64,000 nt of DNA from Proteromonas lacertae (Eukaryota). The first letter of the stretch is position 1, and each line of letters starts with the position of its first letter. This document shows positions 10,819-21,379 of this stretch, piece by piece. The stretch covers positions 1-64,000 of the forward strand of contig NGBS01001199.1 in the NCBI GenBank assembly GCA_002245135.1, read 5' to 3'. The translations under genes were made by a program, and so were the position numbers. Under the pieces are notes generated by a model. It saw only the letters and a program-made list of their open reading frames with translations. It was not told the DNA's origin and did no database searches.

Positions 10819-13205
10819 TTATCATAGATTCTTTGTTGACCATGAGATGGAATTAATCCATTACATGGTGAAACACCAACTAAACCAGGTCGAGATACAT
10901 TATCAGTTGAAATTTTAAATGGAAAATCTACTGAACCTGTATTAAATATATGAAAATCTCTTTCTTTTACTTTCATATAAGGAATTCTACCAAAATCAAT
11001 ATTTTGTTTATCCAATCTATAAGATAAGATTGAACTTTCACCTTTCATTTTGATATTATAAACTGGTCCTCCATCTACATAACATTTACCCAATGCTCTT
11101 GATAATACATGTGGTATTCCAGAATATCTCAATTCCATTTCTTCACATTCACCTAGTTGTAAAATACTTTGAATTGGAGTGATTTCAAATACTTAATTGA
11201 TTGGAGATGTTTGATTTTTAGTTTCATCTATTTCTAATTCCCAATGATAAGGACAAGGAATTGTTCGACGATTTTCAGTTGAAAATAATAATGTTCTTTG
11301 AGAATTATTCAATATACAATCAAAATTGAAATCATTTTGAGATAACCATGGAATTGAATCTTTCTGAGGATGATCTTCATATCTTATATTCTAAATACCA
11401 TTTATTTCAAAGGATATTTTATCATCTTTATAATTTGGATCAAATTCTACTGTCACATTCATTGATTCATTTGGTTCTAAATGGAATTCATTCATACTCA
11501 ATAATAATGGAGCTGCTATACTTATTATCGCATCTAAACTCAATGTTGATATATTCTTAAATACAACTGTCTTACTTTGAACTTCGATTTTCTCTTCAGA
11601 ACATTGAATTAATGGATTCATAAAGTTCACTTTTACTTCGGTTTCTTTTGCTTCATTATTTCTTATTTCTCCATCAAATTTCCTCAAACAAGAAAACATT
11701 TCCATCACTTCACAGGGTTTTTCACAACTTCCAGATGTTACAAAATTTCAAGCAGTATTGGGTTTTAATTCGATTGCATTGGGAGTTATTGTAAATATAG
11801 CTTCATAAGGTTTGAATTCATTTCACTTTCCATCTTTGATTTATTGGCTTTAAAAGATTTTTCTTTTTCTACTGCAGTTAATTTATCCAAGTTAATCTTT
11901 GACTTCTTAAACCTCGATTTTCTAATAAAAAAATCTCTTTCGATTGTTCTGTTTGTGAATTGATCACCAAAATCAATTACATCTACTGGATCTTCTCAAA
12001 ATATTGTTGTTATTAAACATTTAGCTGTAACTGGAAGAATTGCGCTATCTCCTTCAGTTGCTGCTATGTATATTGTATCTTTATAAGCTAATACATCTTC
12101 CAACATGCAACTAACTACTATCTTTTGAGATTCTCCACTTTGTAATATACCATCAACTATATCAGTATTAAAATAAAATCCTCGTTCAAAATCTAATTTA
12201 TAAAAAGCTGGAATTGAAGTTGGATTAGTTATTGTAAATTCTTTTGTATGAGTATCTAAACAAGTTATATCACCAAATTTTATATGATTTAAATTTGATT
12301 TTATCACTGGTCCAAGTCCATTTGCTTCTAATACTAATGCTAATGGAGGATATTGACTGCCAATTATTTGAATATATAATGGAATTCTCATATCACCTAA
12401 TTTCTCAGGATTTAATTAAACTTTAATCATTTGAGTTGCCATTGGACAAATTACGCCTTTAACTGGATCAGGGAAATAACTACCAATTGATTTACTTCTT
12501 TCATCTTGTTCTGTTTTCAAATTGAGCATATAAATTGGATTTATTCTTTAATGTTAAAGTTCAATAATAAGTATATCTTAAATAACAATCTCCATATTTC
12601 AATGATTCTTCTAATAATTCTACTTCAGCTACTCGACATTCAGCACTTATTGGAATTGTTAATAAAGCTTCACCTACACTTTCAATATCAATTGCTAAAC
12701 AATAATCATATACTTTTATTGTTTGAGATATGAAATTGATTTTGATTTTCTCTTCTCCTTCTGGTAATACTGTTGCTAGTGCTTGAATTATTTCGAATTC
12801 TTTGTTTAAGTAATTACCATCTTGAGGAACTCGCAAATTGAATATAAATGGAACAGAGGAAGTATTTCTTAATATCAAATCAGTTGAGTTTAAAAACGCA
12901 TAACTTACAATACCAAAATCTAGTTTATTCTTATTAAAGAAGAATGTTGGACCAACTACATGTCCTTTTATTGTTAATACCACATTATTAGTTGCTCCTT
13001 TTAATGCAAATTCAAAATGATCACTAAATTCACCAAGAGTTGAACTTGTATAAGATACTTCGATTGTTACACTTTATTCTATATCTAATTCACCTTGGTG
13101 GAGTAAATATTACATTTGGTTTAATTGATCCTTCATTGGTAAGTGATACTTCATATCGATGTGTTGAATTAATAAATATATCACCAATATCTAATACATC
13201 ATAAA
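10819..13205 (-). pseudogene. HYDIN: Hydin-like fragment (ASH-domain region), frameshifted
   Basis: LTIKGHVVGPTFFFNKNKLDFGIVSY..NTSSVPFIFNLRVP, IKFGDITCL, GGPVYNIKMKGESS..IDFGRIPY; broken into several short ORFs. Confidence 0.8.
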
Positions 13206-13569
13206 ATGTTTGAGAGGTTTAAATTGATTTTTACTAAATTGATTTTTTAATAATAATAATAATAATATATATATAGTACTTACATTTTGATTTTCTGAAA
13301 TTAAAAAAAAACTGTCAAGTTTGACAAGCTTGATTTTTCTTTTTTAAATATCTTCTTATCTTGATAGAATTTTATAACATTCTTCAAAGTTGAAGAAAAT
13401 GAAATTTTATATTAAAAATGACGTCAGAAGGGTATAATTCTTAATTCCTGTGTAACTGACACTTCTCATTTAGACATTATATGTCAATAAAAACATAAAA
13501 TTTGGAATATACATAATTTCTAGAATATATTTTGATAGTTTTTATTCAATATTATGACTAGTTGATTGA

Positions 13570-13755
13570 AGTTAGGATCGGCTAATAAATATATGACTGA
13601 AGTGAACCTAAGAAGAAACCTTCAAAGTAACCTTCAAGGAATCGTAGAACCATCCTAGTCTTTACAATTGGTTTCCACGGTTTTGTAGATGAACTTTTCT
13701 TGGAAGAGTTCACTCGTAGAATACTCCTTGAAGGAATCCACTTAATAGATCATCC
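13570..13755 (+). repeat. Diverged copy of the subterminal region at 17261-17448, cut by the MITE at 13756
   Basis: Shared ATATATGACTGAAGTGAACCTAAGAAG..GTCTTTACAATTGGTTTCCACGG. Confidence 0.85.
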
Positions 13756-14262
13756 TGTTGTGCTCCGTTGAGCTAAATGCGCCGTTGAGCGTTAAGAAGA
13801 CTTTTTTCAATTCTAAAATGATAGTGTGTGGTTTGATGGCGAGTTATATGCAAATATAATCTTACTTTGTCTTATAAGCTACATCTGCGATATATATTAT
13901 TTTGAACTTTATCTCAACATATTGAAAACAATTATAATTTTATTTTTAATTTTATTTGCTTCAATCACTACTAGAGTTAAAAATACATTAGTTTAAGCAA
14001 TTAAATCACACATATTTAGATGTTAAGACACTTAAAAACGAAAGAATAAAAAATCTATTCAAGCCTCATTCAAGCCTATTTTTTCAAAATAAATTTTAAG
14101 TAGGTAAATGCAATAAGTAGATATTACTTTTCTATTTAAAACCTTTATCCCGATGGCTACTATTGTTATAAGCATTTATAATAATATAAAAATAAAAAGT
14201 GTTTCCAGTACATGAACCTAAACACGACTATACGATATTAGGCCAACGTAACCATTCTGGAA
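13756..14262. mobile_element. Partial copy of the 6255-6855 MITE (inverted)
   Basis: Starts TGTTGTGCTCCGTTGAGC; reverse complement of about 6368-6855. Confidence 0.85.
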
Positions 14263-14335
14263 CATCTACTCCATGTTTTTGTTCTTTTGGAATAGTTAAA
14301 GCCATAATAAACAAAGAACAAAGATAATAAGATTG

Positions 14336-14660
14336 TTATATTATAAATAAAATTATATCTACATTAAACTCAATATTATCTAAATTTGGTTCATAACCAT
14401 TTTGTTGAGTAATCTGTATTTGAATCTGACCGTTAGTATAAGTATTCTTGAACCATTTACTTGAGTTTAAAATATCATTGTTTTGGTAAGTGATGATGAA
14501 TTGTTCAAGATTTATAACAGGAATATTTTCTAATACATTTGAATCTTCCATAATGTTTACAATATCTATAATAGTCACGACTTTCAAGATAGGAGGTATT
14601 TATACTCTGATATTACATCATAATTTGACACAGAAAACATCGATATTTCATATAAATGCA
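14336..14660 (-). pseudogene. Possible C-terminal fragment of a Polinton-type minor capsid (penton) protein
   Basis: C-terminus IQIQITQQNGYEPNLDNIEFNVDIILFII resembles the penton I.I.I.DQNG...V.I.L pattern; upstream part broken. Confidence 0.4.
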
Positions 14661-14770
14661 GTAAAATAATACCATTAGATTATGAGTTAAAGAATTTAAA
14701 ACAAAAAGGTGATAAGAGTTGCGGTTATTATGTGAAACAAAAGTTTACTAATTGGAGTAATAGTTGATCA

Positions 14771-15444
14771 CCTATAAAACAGCCTTCAATCAACTCTTAG
14801 GCATTGCTCATCCTTACTACTACAACCAAGGGATCTCCATCGCTATCCTCAAGACAATCATTGTACTTAACTTTGATGATACCTTATTCCCAACCTCCTA
14901 TATGATGAAGAACTACTGAGAAGACTTCGATCAGAGATGTTCCCTTAACAACCTCGGGGTTGAAGATCATAGCATCATGCAGCAACTGGACTATACCATC
15001 GGTCAGCTCCTTATGCATTGTATGAGCCTATCTTCAAATCTACCGATAGTGATCCTTACCAATGCTACTCGAGATCATGTCTTTAACATCACTGAGAGAT
15101 TTTACACAGCCTATGTATATCAACTACTGCTCGATGAATATAACTTCTTCGTCCTCTCGGCAAAGGAACGATATGGACAATTGAGTTACAATAACAAGAT
15201 GTGGAAGGTGGAAGCACTTCAATGGATCATGAACTACTACTTCGATAGCCCGATAACAAACTCCTGGGAAGATGACTTTGCCGTCAATGTTCTATCAGTT
15301 CCAATCCTTAAGAAGGCGATTCAACTAGAAGTTGGCCAGGCTGCTGATGGTGAGAAGCTCATTGGTACCATAGAGAAGTTGAACCTCAACCTTACTTCCT
15401 TCTGTAGAGATCTCCGATCCTTCCACGTCCACTTAAAGAAGTAA
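14771..15444 (+). pseudogene. HAD-like protein, 5'-truncated copy with an in-frame TGA
   Basis: TIIVLNFDDTLFPTSY, VILTNA, VLSAKERY..WK; copy of 49965-50837. Confidence 0.65.
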
Positions 15445-15776
15445 TTACTTAGACTTTGTTTATTGTTTGTTGTCTTGGGGATTGCTTAAATAACACTAAG
15501 CGTCCCCGTAAATGATCTCCTCAAGACAACAAGGCAATGAACAATTGTAAAGACACTTCAAAGGAACCTCTAAGAACAACACCGAGATAGAATAGAACAA
15601 GAGATTATCAGGTTTAAGTAATGCTAGTTAGTCCTCACCTGAGGATTCAACATCCGTAGCTTCAGTAAGGTCAAGATCACTGAGAAGATATTCAGTAAGT
15701 ACTTAACCTTCAAGGTTGGCTGGAGGAAGTCCATGTACTGCTTCATCTTCTTACTAGCAGTAAGCTGCTCGATGTC

Positions 15777-16202
15777 TTAGCCAAGGAGATACTTCAAGGT
15801 TCTTAATGCACCAGAGTAGAGGATAAGTGGCATGTAATGGCCCAGTGGGATGTATCCATAGTCTTCTTCCTTGCTATTGTTGTATCTGATAAGCTTACAG
15901 CCTTTCTTCATCCTGGTCATGATATGTCTTGGACCTTTAAGTAAAGTCGTAGGAAGCAGATTGAGCTTCATAAGGTGACAATGGAACTTGGCAGAAAGGT
16001 TCTTAAAGTATACACAGTCATCATCAGGAGTAGGATCGGTATACCTGCTCATCACTCCGAGATTCCTTATCTGTTGCTTCATGGAGATGAGGTACATCTT
16101 GATGAACTCATCGGAAAGATCCTGGTTGTCATCCTTCTGGTTAAGGATCACGTACTTAGCGTCTTCATTCAAGGTGATCTCCTCCGACATGTTTATAATC
16201 AA
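15777..16202 (-). CDS. Hypothetical protein (141 aa), GC-richer element family
   Basis: Identical protein at 51170-51595. Confidence 0.55.
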   Translation of the reverse strand: MIINMSEEITLNEDAKYVILNQKDDNQDLSDEFIKMYLISMKQQIRNLGVMSRYTDPTPDDDCVYFKNLSAKFHCHLMKLNLLPTTLLKGPRHIMTRMKKGCKLIRYNNSKEEDYGYIPLGHYMPLILYSGALRTLKYLLG

Positions 16203-16226
16203 GGTAAGTTATCACAGACACTAGCT

Positions 16227-16511
16227 TTATCGGGTAGTGTCAGCTGTGAAGTCTCTTACCATGTCTATGATCTCAGCATTGAAAGGATCATCATCATCGT
16301 CTTCATCCTTGGAGTTAGTGATTGTAAGTGAAGATTTATGAGGTTTAGGAGGGAAAGGAGGAGGAACATCATCATCAACAGCAGCAGCCATCTTAGCCTT
16401 CAACTTCTTATACTCCGACTTAAGCTTAATTCTGAACACCTTAGTGTCTTTCTCATCGCTAGAAGATTCCTCTAAGGCATTGATAGGTCTGGTTCTCTTC
16501 ATGGTATTCAC
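16227..16511 (-). CDS. Hypothetical protein (94 aa), GC-richer element family
   Basis: Near-identical copy at 51620-51904; starts just inside a subterminal repeat. Confidence 0.55.
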   Translation of the reverse strand: MNTMKRTRPINALEESSSDEKDTKVFRIKLKSEYKKLKAKMAAAVDDDVPPPFPPKPHKSSLTITNSKDEDDDDDPFNAEIIDMVRDFTADTTR

Positions 16512-16539
16512 AGATCAGAAAAGACTCAATGGAGATTTT

Positions 16540-16720
16540 AACAATTGTAAAGTCCCTGTTCCACGATTCTATTAAAAGCCCTTACAAGGTCACTAGCGTA
16601 GCAAGGAGACTCTAGATCGTGATTAGATTCATTGTCTTTAGATGGCCAACACTTGTAGATAGCTTCCAAGAGTCCCTGTAGGAGATAATCCTGTAAAAGA
16701 TCATTCCGTAGGTAATCGTC
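16540..16720 (+). repeat. Diverged subterminal repeat of the TIR family
   Basis: ATTAAAAGCCCTTACAAGGTCAC.AGCGTAGCAAGGAGA shared with 46390-46429, 51964-52003 and 61002-61041. Confidence 0.85.
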
Positions 16721-16947
16721 ATGATTTTCTTAGGACTAAGGTTCAATGTCAAAGATTTCTAACGAGCTGACTTACTAGAGCTTCATCTCGATAATCAATA
16801 GACATGTTACTAGAGGATAGGTAAATTCAAGGAGTTGCAATATGAGAAGGTATATATAGACGATTTATCTTTATCATTTGATTTATCTTCAATCCAATAT
16901 AGACTTTCTTTGAATAAATCTGTCAATATTCTTTTATATAATTCTTG

Positions 16948-17277
16948 TCACACCATGGCTTCAACATAGAAGGCTACTTGATCTTGCTTAAGGAAGTAGC
17001 ACTTACCACAGATACTGAGCTGGGCTTTCTCAGGTTGTAATTGTCGTTGTTGTTGGGCAGATCCGGGAAATGCAAAGGAATTGGAAGGAGCCGATGGAGA
17101 CATCATCATCACTGGCTGGGATATCACGGGTTGGTTCATCATTGGTAAGACTGAAGCTGGATTGAAAGAAGGAGCTGTCATAGGAGCAGTCATTGCTGGG
17201 TAAGGAATTTGTAGCATAGCTGGTTGATTGAAAGAGTTCATTGGAAACGATAAGTAGTGAAAGTTAAGATCGGCCAA
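16948..17277 (-). CDS. Hypothetical low-complexity P/M/Q/S-rich protein ending in CxxC
   Basis: ORF starts next to the conserved TTTACAATTGGTTTCCACGG motif. Confidence 0.45.
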   Translation of the reverse strand: MADLNFHYLSFPMNSFNQPAMLQIPYPAMTAPMTAPSFNPASVLPMMNQPVISQPVMMMSPSAPSNSFAFPGSAQQQRQLQPEKAQLSICGKCYFLKQDQVAFYVEAMV

Positions 17278-17528
17278 TAAATATATGACTGAAGTGAACC
17301 TAAGAAGGAACCTTCAAAGTAACCTTCAAGGAATCGTAGAACCATCCTAGTCTTTACAATTGGTTTCCACGGTTCTATATATGAACTTTTCTTGGAAGAG
17401 TTCAGCTCGTAGAATACTCTTTGAAGGGATTCACTTAGTAGATCATCCCATAGGGAAGAAGACGTTGTAGGAAGAAGACCCCTTAGGAGGAATCCCGTAT
17501 AAACCATACGTAAATGGGACTATGGCAC
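17261..17528 (+). repeat. Variant terminal repeat of the TIR family
   Basis: Ends TTAGGAGGAATCCCGTA..ACGTAAATGGGACTATGG, as at 46612-46652 and 61223-61265. Confidence 0.85.
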
Positions 17529-17731
17529 TTTGTGTTGTAGTATGCTGCCATCCCCATCTCCTTATATGTTGTCCAAGAAGGAGTCAATGACCAGATGGCC
17601 TATGTCTTCCAGATCGCTATCAGTACCGTAGGAGATTAGTATGAACACGTAGAGTTCAACTACAACATTACAATTCCTCAAGGAGACTACAACGGCTATA
17701 AGCTCCTTGCAATGTTCATAAGTCCCTTTTG
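17529..17731 (+). pseudogene. N-terminal fragment of a minor capsid (penton) protein
   Basis: Frame from 17541 reads YAAIPISLYVVQEGVND..*..YNITIPQGDYNG, matching the A.IP.S.Y..N..ITIP.G.Y penton signature of virophages, PLVs and NCLDV; two in-frame TAG stops. Confidence 0.6.
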
Positions 17732-17952
17732 AGAAACTGCATTTAGAGTAAGAAGCAAGTAGTACTGAAAGCAAACTCCTTATGTTCCATCCATCAACAG
17801 CCTTTGGTAAGAAGAAATGCACGTCCTCTGATCATTACTTTCATAATGCTTGATATCTAGTATAAGTATAATGAAATTAAGCAACATGTTTGAATGTAAT
17901 TGAAAAACACTGTACTGGTATAGAATGGTTATAGTTGTATTTTTAAGAAATT

Positions 17953-19459
17953 ATGAATATACTAAATGCAACTGTTTATCAATATGTAATACTTGTAATT
18001 CTTTGTTTATTTATTAATAATTCTATTCCTTATGTTAAAGTAATATCAAAAACTAATACTTTATGCTATAGCTGGATTCCTCATAACAATTATAAACAGC
18101 AGTTAAAATTATGTAATATTAATTGTTCTTATGTAAGGACAATACCATTTCCTTTAAACTCTCCATTTTTATGTGGTGTAAATGAGTATAATTATTCATC
18201 TAAATGGAAAAGAAATATTTCATATAATATTTATTTATTCAATACATCTACTTATGGAATAACGGTAAAAAACTATAGATATTTTTATGGAACTTCTTAT
18301 GTATATGTAAAATGATATGAATTAGTTTATTAGTAACATATCAAATTATGAGATCCAATACTTTGAATCTAAGTACATCAAAGAAATTAGACTAATATTT
18401 CATCCTAACTTTTATTATAATAAAAACATCAATAGAATATCAGTCGCATTATTTTTGTTCGATGGATTATCAAGAGCGTCATTCAATAGTCAATTTAAAA
18501 GTACACAAAGTTATTTATTAAAACTTGCAAAAGACTATTACATATATGATATGCTAAGATATCATACAATTGGGACAAATTCCAGACCTAATTATGTTCC
18601 TCTATTTTATGGTATAAAATATAACAAAAAGCCTGTTACAGTATGTATAAATATTATTAATTATAGAAAAAATCTATATTTAATTACTTTCATGACAATA
18701 ATTATATTACAATATCACAATCAGGATTTTGTGATCTTAATATTAATAATTATGGAATTCCTGAAAAATTTGGTGTAGATCATAATATAAATTTAGCATG
18801 TCATCCGTTTATTGATAAGTATTAATATTATATACTTGTAGTTATAATAAAACTGGAGCATATGGAACTGGACCAAGATGCATTCATGGTAAAAGAATCT
18901 CATACATGTTTATTAATTATTTAAAAGAAGCTCAAATATATTATGCTGATCATAAAATAACGACATTTTCATTTACTTCTTTTTCAGAAACTCATGATGT
19001 AATAAGATGTTAGTATTATTATATAGGCTAATCAAAAATCTGTGTCTGGAATTGATGAAAAGTTGAGTGAGTATTTTAGTTTTTTAAATAGTATGTATTA
19101 ATACAAATATGATATAGAATCTAATACATTACAAAATTATATTACTATAATTACAGGAGATCATGGCATTCATTATGGTAAATATTATAATATATTTGAG
19201 AATACATTTCCTCCTTTAATCATAGTATTATTTATAATATTAGATATAGATAATTAGTAAAAATATACTTAGTAAAATTCAACACAATAATATTAAAATG
19301 AATCAAAATCGATTAATCACACCATATAATCTATTTTATACTTTAAAATATATATCAAATGGAATTAAAGGAAACATAAAATACACTTTATTTGATAGAA
19401 TTGATATTAGTAATAACTGTATAAAATCAAAAATTGAAGTAAATTGCAATTGTATATAA
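17953..19459 (+). CDS. DUF229-like alkaline phosphatase/sulfatase-superfamily protein with several introns
   Basis: FDGLSR, YHTIGTNSRPN, RCIHGK, ETHD, ITGDHG, NQNRLITPYNLFYTL. GT-AG introns at 18641-18666, 18819-18841, 18999-19026 and 19091-19117 restore the frame; the 3' part may be damaged. Confidence 0.8.
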
Positions 19460-19482
19460 ATGGTTCATTTTATACTTAACAC

Positions 19483-20322
19483 TTGTGTTTCTTAATTTTA
19501 ATTTCGATTATATCACTTTTTATAATATTTATTTTTCATTATTACTCTATAGAAAATAAACCAAAAATATACAAATGTTCTAAAGACAAAATAATTGAAG
19601 TAGAAAATCCAATAAAATTTAACTTTTCTATTGCAAAGCATAATTATCTCTTTTATAAATTCATATTCTTTATAGAATCATGTGTATATCACAATTTAAT
19701 TAGAAGAAGTATAATAAATAAGTGGGGGAAATTGTGTTTAAACAGTAGATGCCTTTTTTATTTTGTAATTGCCACTAAAGGAAAATTAAATGATATTACA
19801 AACGAAAATATCAACAATATTATAGGTGTTGATATTATAGATAATTATTATAATTTAACAATACTAACATTCAATATTTATAAGTATTTTATTAAATATA
19901 ATCTACATTCAGATTATATTATAAAAAATGATGATGATATAACTCCTAACATTCCTCTTATTTTAATTTATTTAAATATATATATTAATAAAAATAAGAT
20001 AAGTGGATTCTACTATCCTGAAATGAAAGTTTCAAGAAATATTAATTCATCTGTGTTTTTGTCAATAACAATTTATCCATTTAAGGTATTTCCTAAATTT
20101 GTAGCAGGAGGATTTGTAATTACACCGTCAAGGATGATATTTAATATATACAAAGAACTACTTAAAGAAAATAGAATAATATATAGAGAAGATATGCATA
20201 TGGCAATTATTTATAAAAACTTAAATATATCTTTTCAAAAATTAAATAAATATTATCATAGAAAAGAAAAGATAATAACTAAAAAAATGGTAGTGAATGA
20301 TATATGTTATCATAGATCGTGA
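19483..20322 (+). CDS. GT31 beta-1,3-galactosyltransferase-like
   Basis: TM anchor; DNYYNLT, IIKNDDDI, FPKFVAGG, REDMHM. Confidence 0.85.
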   Translation: MCFLILISIISLFIIFIFHYYSIENKPKIYKCSKDKIIEVENPIKFNFSIAKHNYLFYKFIFFIESCVYHNLIRRSIINKWGKLCLNSRCLFYFVIATKGKLNDITNENINNIIGVDIIDNYYNLTILTFNIYKYFIKYNLHSDYIIKNDDDITPNIPLILIYLNIYINKNKISGFYYPEMKVSRNINSSVFLSITIYPFKVFPKFVAGGFVITPSRMIFNIYKELLKENRIIYREDMHMAIIYKNLNISFQKLNKYYHRKEKIITKKMVVNDICYHRS

Positions 20323-20331
20323 GTAGCAACA

Positions 20332-21366
20332 ATGAATGATATATATCACAATAATATTATTGATGTTATATATATTTTTTGTAGTGTATTAACTATCTTG
20401 ATAATGGCTATTTTTATATTAGTTGTATTATTATTATTATTTCTATTTTACACAATTTATAATTACAATATAATCAAATTGTTATTCTTTGTTGCATCAT
20501 ATGGATCTAATCAATTAAATTTGTTATATATGCAAATAAAATACTTTCAAATTATATGTGAAAGTGGATATATTATAAAAATAATCATACATCACACACA
20601 AATATACAAAAATTCTTCTTTTAATCATTTTTATTGTTTTAAACAAAACAGTTACATAAATATAATGTTTATAAAAGTATCTTCAATTGTTTTACATATG
20701 TTGGTTAAAGAACACAGAAGATATATAATCGAAAATATTAAGGAAATAAATAATTATCATCATGTAGGGTTTTTTGAAAATGATATTGGGTTTAATTTAG
20801 GTAACTTAAACTATTACTTTCATACCCTTTCCTTGTTCAATAAATTAAATCTAAAAAATACTATTCCTGGGTTTAAAAGATTTGAATTATCGAAATGTAG
20901 TAATGGTGATGTGTGGAAGAGTTGTCAAGATCATATTGATAATATTACTTTTTATAATATTAAAAATGAAATATTTGTGAGAATTAAACAAGGGTTTTGT
21001 GCAATGTGGATTTTACCTATATATTTATTAAAAAAATATATTAAAGAAAAAGAATTTTTAGAAATACCTGATAATCAGCATAATGGATACAATGGAATTA
21101 AACCATATTATTCCTATTATTATTGGGAAAAACACTATATACCATTAATTCCTTTAAAAAGAATTGATGATTGTTTTGTTCATCATATGAGTAATAAATA
21201 TATACATTATTATGCTTCAATTCAATTAACCGAGCTTTATGATCAAATGAATATATGTAGGAGTAAAGATGGTTTAAAATATGTGGGAGAGAGAAATTAT
21301 AGAATAATATATATAAACAGAAGTAAAATTAGTAAAAATTGTATTCAATTAAATAAATGTTTATAA
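20332..21366 (+). CDS. Putative GT-A-fold glycosyltransferase
   Basis: TM anchor, GFFENDI DxD-like motif, VHHMSNKY; cluster context. Confidence 0.55.
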   Translation: MNDIYHNNIIDVIYIFCSVLTILIMAIFILVVLLLLFLFYTIYNYNIIKLLFFVASYGSNQLNLLYMQIKYFQIICESGYIIKIIIHHTQIYKNSSFNHFYCFKQNSYINIMFIKVSSIVLHMLVKEHRRYIIENIKEINNYHHVGFFENDIGFNLGNLNYYFHTLSLFNKLNLKNTIPGFKRFELSKCSNGDVWKSCQDHIDNITFYNIKNEIFVRIKQGFCAMWILPIYLLKKYIKEKEFLEIPDNQHNGYNGIKPYYSYYYWEKHYIPLIPLKRIDDCFVHHMSNKYIHYYASIQLTELYDQMNICRSKDGLKYVGERNYRIIYINRSKISKNCIQLNKCL

Positions 21367-21379
21367 GATACATGAATGA

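Larger units (their letters stand above)
14771..16720 (+). repeat. 1.95-kb near-identical direct duplicate of 50164-52113
   Basis: Constant offset of 35393; same ORFs with few substitutions. Confidence 0.95.

Noticed and set aside
10758..11138. 126-aa ORF as a real gene
   Set aside because: Chimeric: Hydin fragment reading into the antisense of the polB relic.
15460..15472. TGTTTGTT as a Blastocystis-type polyadenylation motif creating stop codons
   Set aside because: The upstream ORF already has a genomic TAA; one duplicated instance is not enough evidence.
17529..17731. Alternative genetic code (TAG or TGA as sense) in the GC-richer family
   Set aside because: Other ORFs of the family end in TAG or TGA, and long ORFs are open in the standard code; decay explains the stops.
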